Shown: positions 39,379 to 51,652 of the stretch, piece by piece
How the letters are laid out: each line of letters opens with the position of its first letter
Position numbering within the stretch: position 1 is the stretch's first letter
Assembly (NCBI RefSeq): GCF_002105155.1
Contig: NW_019029023.1
Location: forward strand, 310,001 to 364,526
Source: Lobosporangium transversale
Lineage: Eukaryota
Reading direction: 5' to 3'
Length of the DNA stretch: 54,526 nucleotides
Translations under genes and position numbers: made by a program
Notes under the pieces: model-generated
Databases searched by the model: none
What the model saw: only the letters and a program-made list of their open reading frames with translations
Told to the model about the DNA's origin: nothing

Positions 39379-40414
39379 TACTATCATGCATTTCTTTTTT
39401 TCATTCCTAGAAACCGTATATGCATACAACACTCTTACTTTGGTTTAATAAAGCTCCCGTCTTCTTCTACGTCGTAGTTATGCGTTGTGACATTAGCTTG
39501 TCTCATTTGGAAAGCTAATGACTTTTTTGTCCATTCAGGTCATTGAATCAGTTTCACATGTGAATCGAAAATAAACCGAATCTGCTCTGATGGCGTGCAG
39601 TGGATCTGGGACGACACTCCGGGACGCCTCACTCGCAGGTCGGTGCAAGGCACTGTCAAGTTTGGGAGTGGTAACGTTAAAGTGTGGTCATGCTTCTCAT
39701 GGTACGGACCTGGATACATTGCAAAGATTGACAATAATATGGACGCACAACTTTACATCAAACTACTCCAGGAGGATCTACAGATGTCGCTTGATGACTG
39801 GGGCCTAACTAAAAGCGATATCGTTTTTCAGCACGACAATGACTCGAAGCACACGGCGAAGATTGTTAGGAAGTATTTGGAGTCAGTACATCTGACAGAA
39901 GAGGAAGGTACACTTCTAGAGTGGCCAGCACAATCCCCTTACCTCAACCCTATTGAACACATGTGGGCAGAATTGGATAGGCGGCTCTCTAGGTATCCGG
40001 AGCGAGCTAAGAGCTGTGATGAACTATGGGAGCGAATATCGGTTGAATGGTACAGGATCCCAGTGGACTTCTGCCGCAAACTCATCATAGGTATCCATAA
40101 GAGACTCCAAGCTGTCAGTTATGCCCATGGTTGGAATACTACTTATTGATGTAAGGTTATGGCTCACAAAAGAATAAAGATCTTTGGCCACCGAATGGGC
40201 ACATGTGAAACTGATTCAATGACCTGAATGGACAAAAAAGTCATTAGCTTTCCAAATGAGACAAGCTAATGTCACAACGCATAACTACGACGTAGAAGAA
40301 GACGGGAGCTTTATTAAACCAAAGTAAGAGTGTTGTATGCATATACGGTTTCTAGGAATGAAAAAAAGAAATGCACATGGGAATGAATTATTGAATCAGG
40401 TTTGCATGATAGTG
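39379..40414 (+). mobile_element. Deleted Tc1-like transposon, copy 3
   Basis: Same TIRs and ORF 39595-40149. Confidence 0.92.
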
Positions 40415-40969
40415 TATAACAAATATGATCTCATTAATCACAGGTTGCTTGCCATCCCGTGCACACACCATGGGGCTAAAACGACATTTATGTCTTTAGA
40501 GTGGAGCTGTCATCCTAGCTCCCGGTAAACGTTTTGGCGCCCTGGATGATGATAATTGATAGGTCTTTCGCAAGTGGCAAGCATCCAGATGACAAACATA
40601 TGAGAAAGGATAATTTCCTATGCCAGCTGTCCTGGTGATAATAATATGGTTTTGGGTCTCATCATCAGACTCTCACTGGGTTCTCCACAGGATTCTTCAT
40701 CTCTATCCGTTTTTACAAAACTCTTTGATAATAGTATCACAAAATCCTGCACACAAGATCGCATGATGATCACAGGAAGCTTTATAAAGTTCTATATGCC
40801 CCAGTAGAAGGGAGGACGGATTAAACCGCTCTATCTATTCGTCTAAAAGGTAAGTGGATGATGATGGCTTCATTCATAAAGAATGAGCCATTGTAAAAAA
40901 TTCTCAAGGAACGGGTATAATGCTTTTTTTAAAAAAGACAAAATTTCATCCACTTGATTGGTATTCGAT

Positions 40970-43545
40970 TTAATTCTTCAGATTCGTACCGGCTGCTCCT
41001 CCTGAATATGCAGCTTCGATGTCGATTTTTATGACACGCTGTCTTACATGTTTTAAGCATACATATGGATTCTTGACGACCGTATCTTTGGTGGTAAGAA
41101 AGTTCTGAACTTTAAAATCGCCATATACGTCTCCTGGCACCACAAAATAGAGGAAAATGGTATCATCACTTCCCTTCGACTCTGATCGGTCTCCCTTCGA
41201 CTCTGATCGGTCTCCCTTCGACTCTGATCGGTCTCCCTTCGACTCTGATCGGTCTCCCTTCGACTCTGATCGGTCTCCCTTCGACTCTGATCGGTCTCCC
41301 TTCGACTCTGATCGGTCTCCCTTCAACTTTGATTGGTCTCCCTTCAAGCAGGGTCCAGTAATACATTCAATTATCTCCTTGAATGGTGCTTGCTTGATCG
41401 GATGCTTCTCTGATACTGTGACCTGAAATAGCTTGTTGGGTCCCAATGCAAAATCAATGCACGGAAATTTAGAATGTTCTGGTACAAACAACTTGCCAGC
41501 TGCTTGAGTGAGCCCTAATAATTCATCTGAAGTCCGGATATGCACCACTTCTGGGTTTGCTGGAAAATCAAGAAATCCTGTTTCGCCTGACTGGAGATCC
41601 CTAAAGGGAAATCTAATATCACCACATCGAAATAAGTGATGAGCATAGACTTCAAACAGTGGGCCTTTAGCTATATCCTCTTCGCTTTTGACAAGTTTCG
41701 CCAACACATCGAGCCAAGTGTCATCTTTTATTTTGTCGACAACCCTTAATTCAACCCAACGAGATGCCCACACCAGATGGAAGTTGAGGTGGTCAGAAGT
41801 GGGGACTCTATGGAGTAAACGACCACTAAATTCACTCGCTTCTTTTCCTCGTGCAAAGAGCGCTACAAGATCTGCTGGGTTCCGGAGTTTTTCAATGGCA
41901 GTTTCGACGCGGCTAAACGCAGAGTCTCTAGCACCCTTAATATCTCCTTGATTCTTGAATAGTTCTTTGGCTGGAGCCTGTAGGACCTGTCTTGGCACTC
42001 CCCCCAACTTGTAAAAAAGCTCCTCCAAAAATTCTTCATCCACTGGATGAAAAAACTTTACATTGGCTCTACATTCCTTAAGCTCGTCCAAACTCCAGAG
42101 TGACATGTGATAGTAGCTACTGCGTGAATTTTCCTTGGTGAATTCATCGTACTGCCCATAGAGAGTTTTTGGTGATGCCGCAAATATCGTCCTGGCTTGA
42201 TCTGGTTGAGGATGGTTACCACTGTCAACTAAATACCACGTTTCAGGTTGCTCAAGAAAATGTTTGAAATCTACTCTCTCTCCATAACGTTGGCAAGTTG
42301 TTCCTCCGTAGGCATAACATTCGGTATTCTTCTTTTCATGGAAAACAATAATCGGTGGATTCTCCTCGTCATGCTCTGCAAGGAGGCGGATGGCAAAATA
42401 GACCAAAAAGGCTGACTTCCCAATTCCAGGCGTTCCAGTGACAAAGAGTCGGTTCAAACTAGCTCCATGAGGGGTACTGAATGTAGATGTAATATGGTCA
42501 TAAAGCTTTTTATATTCATCTCTGATATAAAGATGCCTTGTTCCGGCAACAGGGAAGATACAACCCTCAGGAGCAGTCAATAGTTTGGAATCCTTGATAC
42601 CACCAGAATTTCGGAGCTCGCAAGCCACGCTAACAATGCTGTAGTAAATACTATCTCCTGATAACTCCTCCCCCATGTACGAAAGCACCTTGACCCTCTC
42701 TTTCGAGTTTAGAGGCGAGATTACAGGCCTATCATTCACTATCCCTTTCGTTACAAGCCCTGCTTCTGTAATCGCATCCCTAAGAGCACTTCTACTACTT
42801 ATACTTGGACGAGCTTTTTTAGAGGGTGACTCTGATAAAGGAGATAGAGTGATCAAAGTTAATATTCTTGATTTATTGCACTGCACATTACTCTAAATTG
42901 ATCAATAACCAGGTTCTCAGCCAAAAGCACTCACCAGAATCTCCATCTTGTTTTCTTTTCTGAGCTAAGTATCAAAAGCGAATAATGAGAAAGAACGTTG
43001 AGTTATCAAGACACAAACCAAATGGCGACATTATGCACATGGCCGTTTAAGATACAAACCAAGCTTCATCAGCTGGAAATATCAACAATCAGTCCATCAA
43101 GAGCCAAGGATATACCTCGCTGTGGTGGCTTGACAAAAACATGGATAGTTTTCCTTGGAAGTTCAGAATTAAATATCTCCCAAAGCTCCATTGACGCGGG
43201 TGCGAGAGCCTCTTTTGACTCGATTTCTGACTCGACGACGGTCTTGTCTTCGTCAGGGATGGAGACCTTGTAGAGGGTGAGCTGGTCAGCGTCAATATCC
43301 TTAAATGCATTGGCTTTCTCTGCTTTGATGGCTTGCTTGAGCATCCCGACCGATTTATCGCAGAAAATCTCTACTGGGAACGACGTTGCTTCTCCCTCGA
43401 CAACGCAGTTCAGCAGCAGCAGTGGGATGGCGCGCTTTTTTCGTTGTGGGTGCTGGTTTACTCTTTTTCGTTTATTGAGTGTGGAGGCATCCTCAGGCTT
43501 ATTTGCAGTCATTTTTTTTTGTGCTTGGCTCCTTGTGGTGGCCAT
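40970..43545 (-). CDS. CRN array gene copy 3 (intact, 7 x GDRSESK)
   Basis: ORFs 43069-43545 and 40970-42886 with conserved splice sites. Confidence 0.9.
41172..41318. repeat. 21-bp coding minisatellite cccttcgactctgatcggtct x7 (x6 at 46524-46649, x7 at 51855-52001, disrupted at 30676-30772)
   Basis: Counted directly from the sequence and the ORF track. Confidence 0.95.
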
Positions 43546-44729
43546 TGAAAATTAAGATGAGTGGGACTGAGTGTGGTTGAAATGCAGGGAGAATGATGGT
43601 TAAATAGGCAAAGGTATATTCTATACTCTTTCACACTCGTGGTCGCTGTATGAAAACAAAAATGAAAAATGTGTAAGGCAAAAAAAAGGAAAGGAAAGGA
43701 AAGGAAAGGAAAGGAAAGGAATGGCAATAGATGAAGGCTTGGAATAAATAAAAGAGCAAAATTGATGGGAGCAAAACTGGGGTGAAATATGAAAAAAGTG
43801 ATAAAGGAGGAGGGAGAGAGTGCAAAAATGAAGTGAAGCAAAGGAAAGAAAGGAAAGAAAGGAGCGACAATTGCAATTGATCCTTTATTTTAAGGTTAGG
43901 CGATGTGTGAGAAAATATTTTTTTCAAATCAGCCACGTGCCATTTTCTGGGTCATTGTGACGTGACAATCTTTAGTGCGCAAAGAACTCATTTCTCATTT
44001 TCCATGTCCCTCAGATAAACGTTTGTTCACGTTCTCTTAAACCTCGTCAACGCTCAACAGCTTCTCGATGGAAGGGATATAAATGATGATGGTGCTGCTA
44101 ACTTCCAGGTACCTCGACTCCAAAATAATCGTATCGATTTGGAAGCACTTTCTGACGCAGATTTCCGTACGATGTTCAGATTTACCGATAAAGGTGATTC
44201 AGAGTCTGATCCTGCTTCTTCAACATCATCCACAGGATCCGTCTGGGATATATCCTCAATCGACAATCTCTGAAAGGAAGGTAAGTTATGCGTCTCATTT
44301 TGTTCTGGGGGAGTATTCATTAGAGAAGAATGCTTTCTGTTGTGTGCCAGAGTTTTTTCGGTGAAAGGAATAGCAGGAGGTAAAGGCTCGTAGACACTAC
44401 GGCTTTAAATGACTCTAGGCTAGAGCATTGATGACTAATAGAATAGAGATTTCTAATGTTGATAACCTCTATAGTCTAAAAAGTCGCGTCTTTTATGGTA
44501 AAAAATGATAAAATATAGAATTGGCAATTTTTTATATTTTTTTTGGCTAAATTTAAGATTTTTACTTATTTTATTTTACAATTTATAGTGTTAATTTTTT
44601 TTTTTTTTTTTTTTTTTTATTAAAATTTCTTTTAAATATACTTTTGCTTTTTAAAGGTTTTTTTCACTCCCCGATGTGAATTTTGATGTAAAAACGAGGT
44701 TGCGAAAACTCTCTCTATTTACCTAAATA

Positions 44730-45766
44730 TACTATCATGCATTTCTTTTTTTTCATTCCTAGAAACCGTATATGCATACAACACTCTTACTTTGGTTTAA
44801 TAAAGCTCCCGTCTTCTTCTACGTCGTAGTTATGCGTTGTGACATTAGCTTGTCTCATTTGGAAAGCTAATGACTTTTTTGTCCATTCAGGTCATTGAAT
44901 CAGTTTCACATGTGAATCGAAAATAAACCGAATCTGCTCTGATGGCGTGCAGTGGATCTGGGACGACACTCCGGGACGCCTCACTCGCAGGTCGGTGCAA
45001 GGCACTGTCAAGTTTGGGAGTGGTAACGTTAAAGTGTGGTCATGCTTCTCATGGTACGGACCTGGATACATTGCAAAGATTGACAATAATATGGACGCAC
45101 AACTTTACATCAAACTACTCCAGGAGGATCTACAGATGTCGCTTGATGACTGGGGCCTAACTAAAAGCGATATCGTTTTTCAGCACGACAATGACTCGAA
45201 GCACACGGCGAAGATTGTTAGGAAGTATTTGGAGTCAGTACATCTGACAGAAGAGGAAGGTACACTTCTAGAGTGGCCAGCACAATCCCCTTACCTCAAC
45301 CCTATTGAACACATGTGGGCAGAATTGGATAGGCGGCTCTCTAGGTATCCGGAGCGAGCTAAGAGCTGTGATGAACTATGGGAGCGAATATCGGTTGAAT
45401 GGTACAGGATCCCAGTGGACTTCTGCCGCAAACTCATCATAGGTATCCATAAGAGACTCCAAGCTGTCAGTTATGCCCATGGTTGGAATACTACTTATTG
45501 ATGTAAGGTTATGGCTCACAAAAGAATAAAGATCTTTGGCCACCGAATGGGCACATGTGAAACTGATTCAATGACCTGAATGGACAAAAAAGTCATTAGC
45601 TTTCCAAATGAGACAAGCTAATGTCACAACGCATAACTACGACGTAGAAGAAGACGGGAGCTTTATTAAACCAAAGTAAGAGTGTTGTATGCATATACGG
45701 TTTCTAGGAATGAAAAAAAGAAATGCACATGGGAATGAATTATTGAATCAGGTTTGCATGATAGTG
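44730..45766 (+). mobile_element. Deleted Tc1-like transposon, copy 4
   Basis: Same TIRs and ORF 44947-45501. Confidence 0.92.
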
Positions 45767-46321
45767 TATAACAAATATGATCTCATTAATCACAGGTTGC
45801 TTGCCATCCCGTGCACACACCATGGGGCTAAAACGACATTTATGTCTTTAGAGTGGAGCTGTCATCCTAGCTCCCGGTAAACGTTTTGGCGCCCTGGATG
45901 ATGATAATTGATAGGTCTTTCGCAAGTGGCAAGCATCCAGATGACAAACATATGAGAAAGGATAATTTCCTATGCCAGCTGTCCTGGTGATAATAATATG
46001 GTTTTGGGTCTCATCATCAGACTCTCACTGGGTTCTCCACAGGATTCTTCATCTCTATCCGTTTTTACAAAACTCTTTGATAATAGTATCACAAAATCCT
46101 GCACACAAGATCGCATGATGATCACAGGAAGCTTTATAAAGTTCTATATGCCCCAGTAGAAGGGAGGACGGATTAAACCGCTCTATCTATTCGTCTAAAA
46201 GGTAAGTGGATGATGATGGCTTCATTCATAAAGAATGAGCCATTGTAAAAAATTCTCAAGGAACGGGTATAATGCTTTTTTTAAAAAAGACAAAATTTCA
46301 TCCACTTGATTGGTATTCGAT

Positions 46322-48876
46322 TTAATTCTTCAGATTCGTACCGGCTGCTCCTCCTGAATATGCAGCTTCGATGTCGATTTTTATGACACGCTGTCTTACA
46401 TGTTTTAAGCATACATATGGATTCTTGACGACCGTATCTTTGGTGGTAAGAAAGTTCTGAACTTTAAAATCGCCATATACGTCTCCTGGCACCACAAAAT
46501 AGAGGAAAATGGTATCATCACTTCCCTTCGACTCTGATCGGTCTCCCTTCGACTCTGATCGGTCTCCCTTCGACTCTGATCGGTCTCCCTTCGACTCTGA
46601 TCGGTCTCCCTTCGACTCTGATCGGTCTCCCTTCGACTCTGATCGGTCTCCCTTCAACTTTGATTGGTCTCCCTTCAAGCAGGGTCCAGTAATACATTCA
46701 ATTATCTCCTTGAATGGTGCTTGCTTGATCGGATGCTTCTCTGATACTGTGACCTGAAATAGCTTGTTGGGTCCCAATGCAAAATCAATGCACGGAAATT
46801 TAGAATGTTCTGGTACAAACAACTTGCCAGCTGCTTGAGTGAGCCCTAATAATTCATCTGAAGTCCGGATATGCACCACTTCTGGGTTTGCTGGAAAATC
46901 AAGAAATCCTGTTTCGCCTGACTGGAGATCCCTAAAGGGAAATCTAATATCACCACATCGAAATAAGTGATGAGCATAGACTTCAAACAGTGGGCCTTTA
47001 GCTATATCCTCTTCGCTTTTGACAAGTTTCGCCAACACATCGAGCCAAGTGTCATCTTTTATTTTGTCGACAACCCTTAATTCAACCCAACGAGATGCCC
47101 ACACCAGATGGAAGTTGAGGTGGTCAGAAGTGGGGACTCTATGGAGTAAACGACCACTAAATTCACTCGCTTCTTTTCCTCGTGCAAAGAGCGCTACAAG
47201 ATCTGCTGGGTTCCGGAGTTTTTCAATGGCAGTTTCGACGCGGCTAAACGCAGAGTCTCTAGCACCCTTAATATCTCCTTGATTCTTGAATAGTTCTTTG
47301 GCTGGAGCCTGTAGGACCTGTCTTGGCACTCCCCCCAACTTGTAAAAAAGCTCCTCCAAAAATTCTTCATCCACTGGATGAAAAAACTTTACATTGGCTC
47401 TACATTCCTTAAGCTCGTCCAAACTCCAGAGTGACATGTGATAGTAGCTACTGCGTGAATTTTCCTTGGTGAATTCATCGTACTGCCCATAGAGAGTTTT
47501 TGGTGATGCCGCAAATATCGTCCTGGCTTGATCTGGTTGAGGATGGTTACCACTGTCAACTAAATACCACGTTTCAGGTTGCTCAAGAAAATGTTTGAAA
47601 TCTACTCTCTCTCCATAACGTTGGCAAGTTGTTCCTCCGTAGGCATAACATTCGGTATTCTTCTTTTCATGGAAAACAATAATCGGTGGATTCTCCTCGT
47701 CATGCTCTGCAAGGAGGCGGATGGCAAAATAGACCAAAAAGGCTGACTTCCCAATTCCAGGCGTTCCAGTGACAAAGAGTCGGTTCAAACTAGCTCCATG
47801 AGGGGTACTGAATGTAGATGTAATATGGTCATAAAGCTTTTTATATTCATCTCTGATATAAAGATGCCTTGTTCCGGCAACAGGGAAGATACAACCCTCA
47901 GGAGCAGTCAATAGTTTGGAATCCTTGATACCACCAGAATTTCGGAGCTCGCAAGCCACGCTAACAATGCTGTAGTAAATACTATCTCCTGATAACTCCT
48001 CCCCCATGTACGAAAGCACCTTGACCCTCTCTTTCGAGTTTAGAGGCGAGATTACAGGCCTATCATTCACTATCCCTTTCGTTACAAGCCCTGCTTCTGT
48101 AATCGCATCCCTAAGAGCACTTCTACTACTTATACTTGGACGAGCTTTTTTAGAGGGTGACTCTGATAAAGGAGATAGAGTGATCAAAGTTAATATTCTT
48201 GATTTATTGCACTGCACATTACTCTAAATTGATCAATAACCAGGTTCTCAGCCAAAAGCACTCACCAGAATCTCCATCTTGTTTTCTTTTCTGAGCTAAG
48301 TATCAAAAGCGAATAATGAGAAAGAACGTTGAGTTATCAAGACACAAACCAAATGGTGATATTATGCACATGGCCGTTTAAGATATAAACCAAGCTTCAT
48401 CAGCTGAAAATATCAACAATCAGTCCATCAAGAGCCAAAGATATACCTCGCTGTGGTGGCTTGACAAAAACATGGATAGTTTCCTTTGGAAGTTCAGAAT
48501 TAAATATGTCCCCAAGCTCCTTTGATGCGACTGTAAGAGCCTCTTTTGACTCGATTTCTGACTCAAAGATGGCCTCGCCTTTGTCAGGGATGGAGACCTT
48601 GTAGAGGATGAGCTTATCTGCAGCAACATGATCAAGTTCTGGCTTCTTTGCTACCTTGATGGCTTGCTTGAGCATCCCGACCGTTTTATCGCAGAAAATC
48701 TCTACTGGGAACGACGTTGCTTCTCCCTCGACAACGCAGTTCAGCAGCAGCAGTGGGATGGCGCGCTTTTTTCGTTGTGGGTGCTGGTTTACTCTTTTTC
48801 GTTTATTGAGTGTGGAGGCATCCTCAGGCTTATTTGCAGTCATTTTTTTTTGTGCTTGGCTCCTTGTGGTGGCCAT
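46322..48876 (-). CDS. CRN array gene copy 4 (intact, 6 x GDRSESK)
   Basis: ORFs 48400-48876 and 46322-48217. Confidence 0.9.
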
Positions 48877-50067
48877 TGAAAATTAAGATGAGTGGGACTG
48901 AGTGTGGTTGAAATGCAGGGAGAATGATGGTTAAATAGGCAAAGGTATATTCTATACTCTTTCACACTCGTGGTCGCTGTATGAAAACAAAAATGAAAAA
49001 TGTGTAAGGCAAAAAAAAGGAAAGGAAAGGAAAGGAAAGGAAAGGAAAGGAATGGCAATAGATGAAGGCTTGGAATAAATAAAAGAGCAAAATTGATGGG
49101 AGCAAAACTGGGGTGAAATATGAAAAAAGTGATAAAGGAGGAGGGAGAGAGTGCAAAAATGAAGTGAAGCAAAGGAAAGAAAGGAAAGAAAGGAGCGACA
49201 ATTGCAATTGATCCTTTATTTTAAGGTTAGGCGATGTGTGAGAAAATATTTTTTTCAAATCAGCCACGTGCCATTTTCTGGGTCATTGTGACGTGACAAT
49301 CTTTAGTGCGCAAAGAACTCATTTCTCATTTTCCATGTCCCTCAGATAAACGTTTGTTCACGTTCTCTTAAACCTCGTCAACGCTCAACAGCTTCTCGAT
49401 GGAAGGGATATAAATGATGATGGTGCTGCTAACTTCCAGGTACCTCGACTCCAAAATAATCGTATCGATTTGGAAGCACTTTCTGACGCAGATTTCCGTA
49501 CGATGTTCAGATTTACCGATAAAGGTGATTCAGAGTCTGATCCTGCTTCTTCAACATCATCCACAGGATCCGTCTGGGATATATCCTCAATCGACAATCT
49601 CTGAAAGGAAGGTAAGTTATGCGTCTCATTTTGTTCTGGGGGAGTATTCATTAGAGAAGAATGCTTTCTGTTGTGTGCCAGAGTTTTTTCGGTGAAAGGA
49701 ATAGCAGGAGGTAAAGGCTCGTAGACACTACGGCTTTAAATGACTCTAGGCTAGAGCATTGATGACTAATAGAATAGAGATTTCTAATGTTGATAACCTC
49801 TATAGTCTAAAAAGTCGCGTCTTTTATGGTAAAAAATGATAAAAATATAGAATTGGCAATTTTTTATATTTTTTTTGGCTAAATTTAAGCAATTCTGGCT
49901 AGACGTAGAAATACGAGAAAAACGAATCTTGTTGTATTTTACAAAGCAAATTTATGACAAGGCTGGATTTCAAAAATAGAGATGCTTTTTAAGGTTTTTT
50001 TTCACTCCCCGATGTGAATTTTGATGTAAAAACGAGGTTGCGAAAACTCTCTCTATTTACCTAAATA

Positions 50068-51102
50068 TACTATCATGCATTTCTTTTTTTCATTCCTAGA
50101 AACCGTATATGCATACAACACTCTTACTTTGGTTTAATAAAGCTCCCGTCTTCTTCTACGTCGTAGTTATGCGTTGTGACATTAGCTTGTCTCATTTGGA
50201 AAGCTAATGACTTTTTTGTCCATTCAGGTCATTGAATCAGTTTCACATGTGAATCGAAAATAAACCGAATCTGCTCTGATGGCGTGCAGTGGATCTGGGA
50301 CGACACTCCGGACGCCTCACTCGCAGGTCGGTGCAAGGCACTGTCAAGTTTGGGAGTGGTAACGTTAAAGTGTGGTCATGCTTCTCATGGTACGGACCTG
50401 ATACATTGCAAAGATTGACAATAATATGGACGCACAACTTTACATCAAACTACTCCAGGAGGATCTACAGATGTCGCTTGATGACTGGGGCCTAACTAAA
50501 AGCGATATCGTTTTTCAGCACGACAATGACTCGAAGCACACGGCGAAGATTGTTAGGAAGTATTTGGAGTCAGTACATCTGACAGAAGAGGAAGGTACAC
50601 TTCTAGAGTGGCCAGCACAATCCCCTTACCTCAACCCTATTGAACACATGTGGGCAGAATTGGATAGGCGGCTCTCTAGGTATCCGGAGCGAGCTAAGAG
50701 CTGTGATGAACTATGGGAGCGAATATCGGTTGAATGGTACAGGATCCCAGTGGACTTCTGCCGCAAACTCATCAATAGGTATCCATAAGAGACTCCAAGC
50801 TGTCAGTTATGCCCATGGTTGGAATACTACTTATTGATGTAAGGTTATGGCTCACAAAAGAATAAAGATCTTTGGCCACCGAATGGGCACATGTGAAACT
50901 GATTCAATGACCTGAATGGACAAAAAAGTCATTAGCTTTCCAAATGAGACAAGCTAATGTCACAACGCATAACTACGACGTAGAAGAAGACGGGAGCTTT
51001 ATTAAACCAAAGTAAGAGTGTTGTATGCATATACGGTTTCTAGGAATGAAAAAAAGAAATGCACATGGGAATGAATTATTGAATCAGGTTTGCATGATAG
51101 TG
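50068..51102 (+). mobile_element. Deleted Tc1-like transposon, copy 5 (with 1-bp indels)
   Basis: Same TIRs. The ORF is broken by single-base indels. Confidence 0.9.
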
Positions 51103-51652
51103 TATAACAAATATGATCTCATTAATCACAGGTTGCTTGCCATCTCCCGTGCACACCACATGGGGCTAAAACGACATTTTGTCTTAGAGTGGAGTGTCAT
51201 CTAGCTCCCGGTAAACGTTTTGGCGCCCTGGATGATGATAATTGATAGTTTTCGCAGTGGCAAGCATCCAGATGACAAACTATGAGAAAGGATAATTTCC
51301 TATGCCAGCTGTCCTGGTGATAATAAATGGTTTTGGGTCTCATCATCAGACTCTCACTGGGTTCTCCACAGGATTCTTCATCTCTATCCGTTTTTACAAA
51401 ACTCTTTGATAATAGTTCACAAAATCCTGCACACAAGATCGCATGATGATTCAAACAGGAAGCTTTATAAAGTTCTATATGCCCCAGTAGAAAGGGAGGA
51501 GGATTAAACCGCTCTATCTATTCGTCTAAAAGGTAAGTGGATGATGATGGCTTCATTCATAAAGAATGAGCCATTGTAAAAAATTCTCAAGGAACGGGTA
51601 TAATGCTTTTTTTAAAAAAGACAAAATTTCATCCACTTGATTGGTATTCGAT

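Noticed and set aside
41157..41426. 21-bp repeats as a CRISPR-like array, or the PFDSDRS/VEGRPIR ORFs as genes
   Set aside because: There are no spacers and the context is eukaryotic. These are alternative frames of a coding minisatellite.
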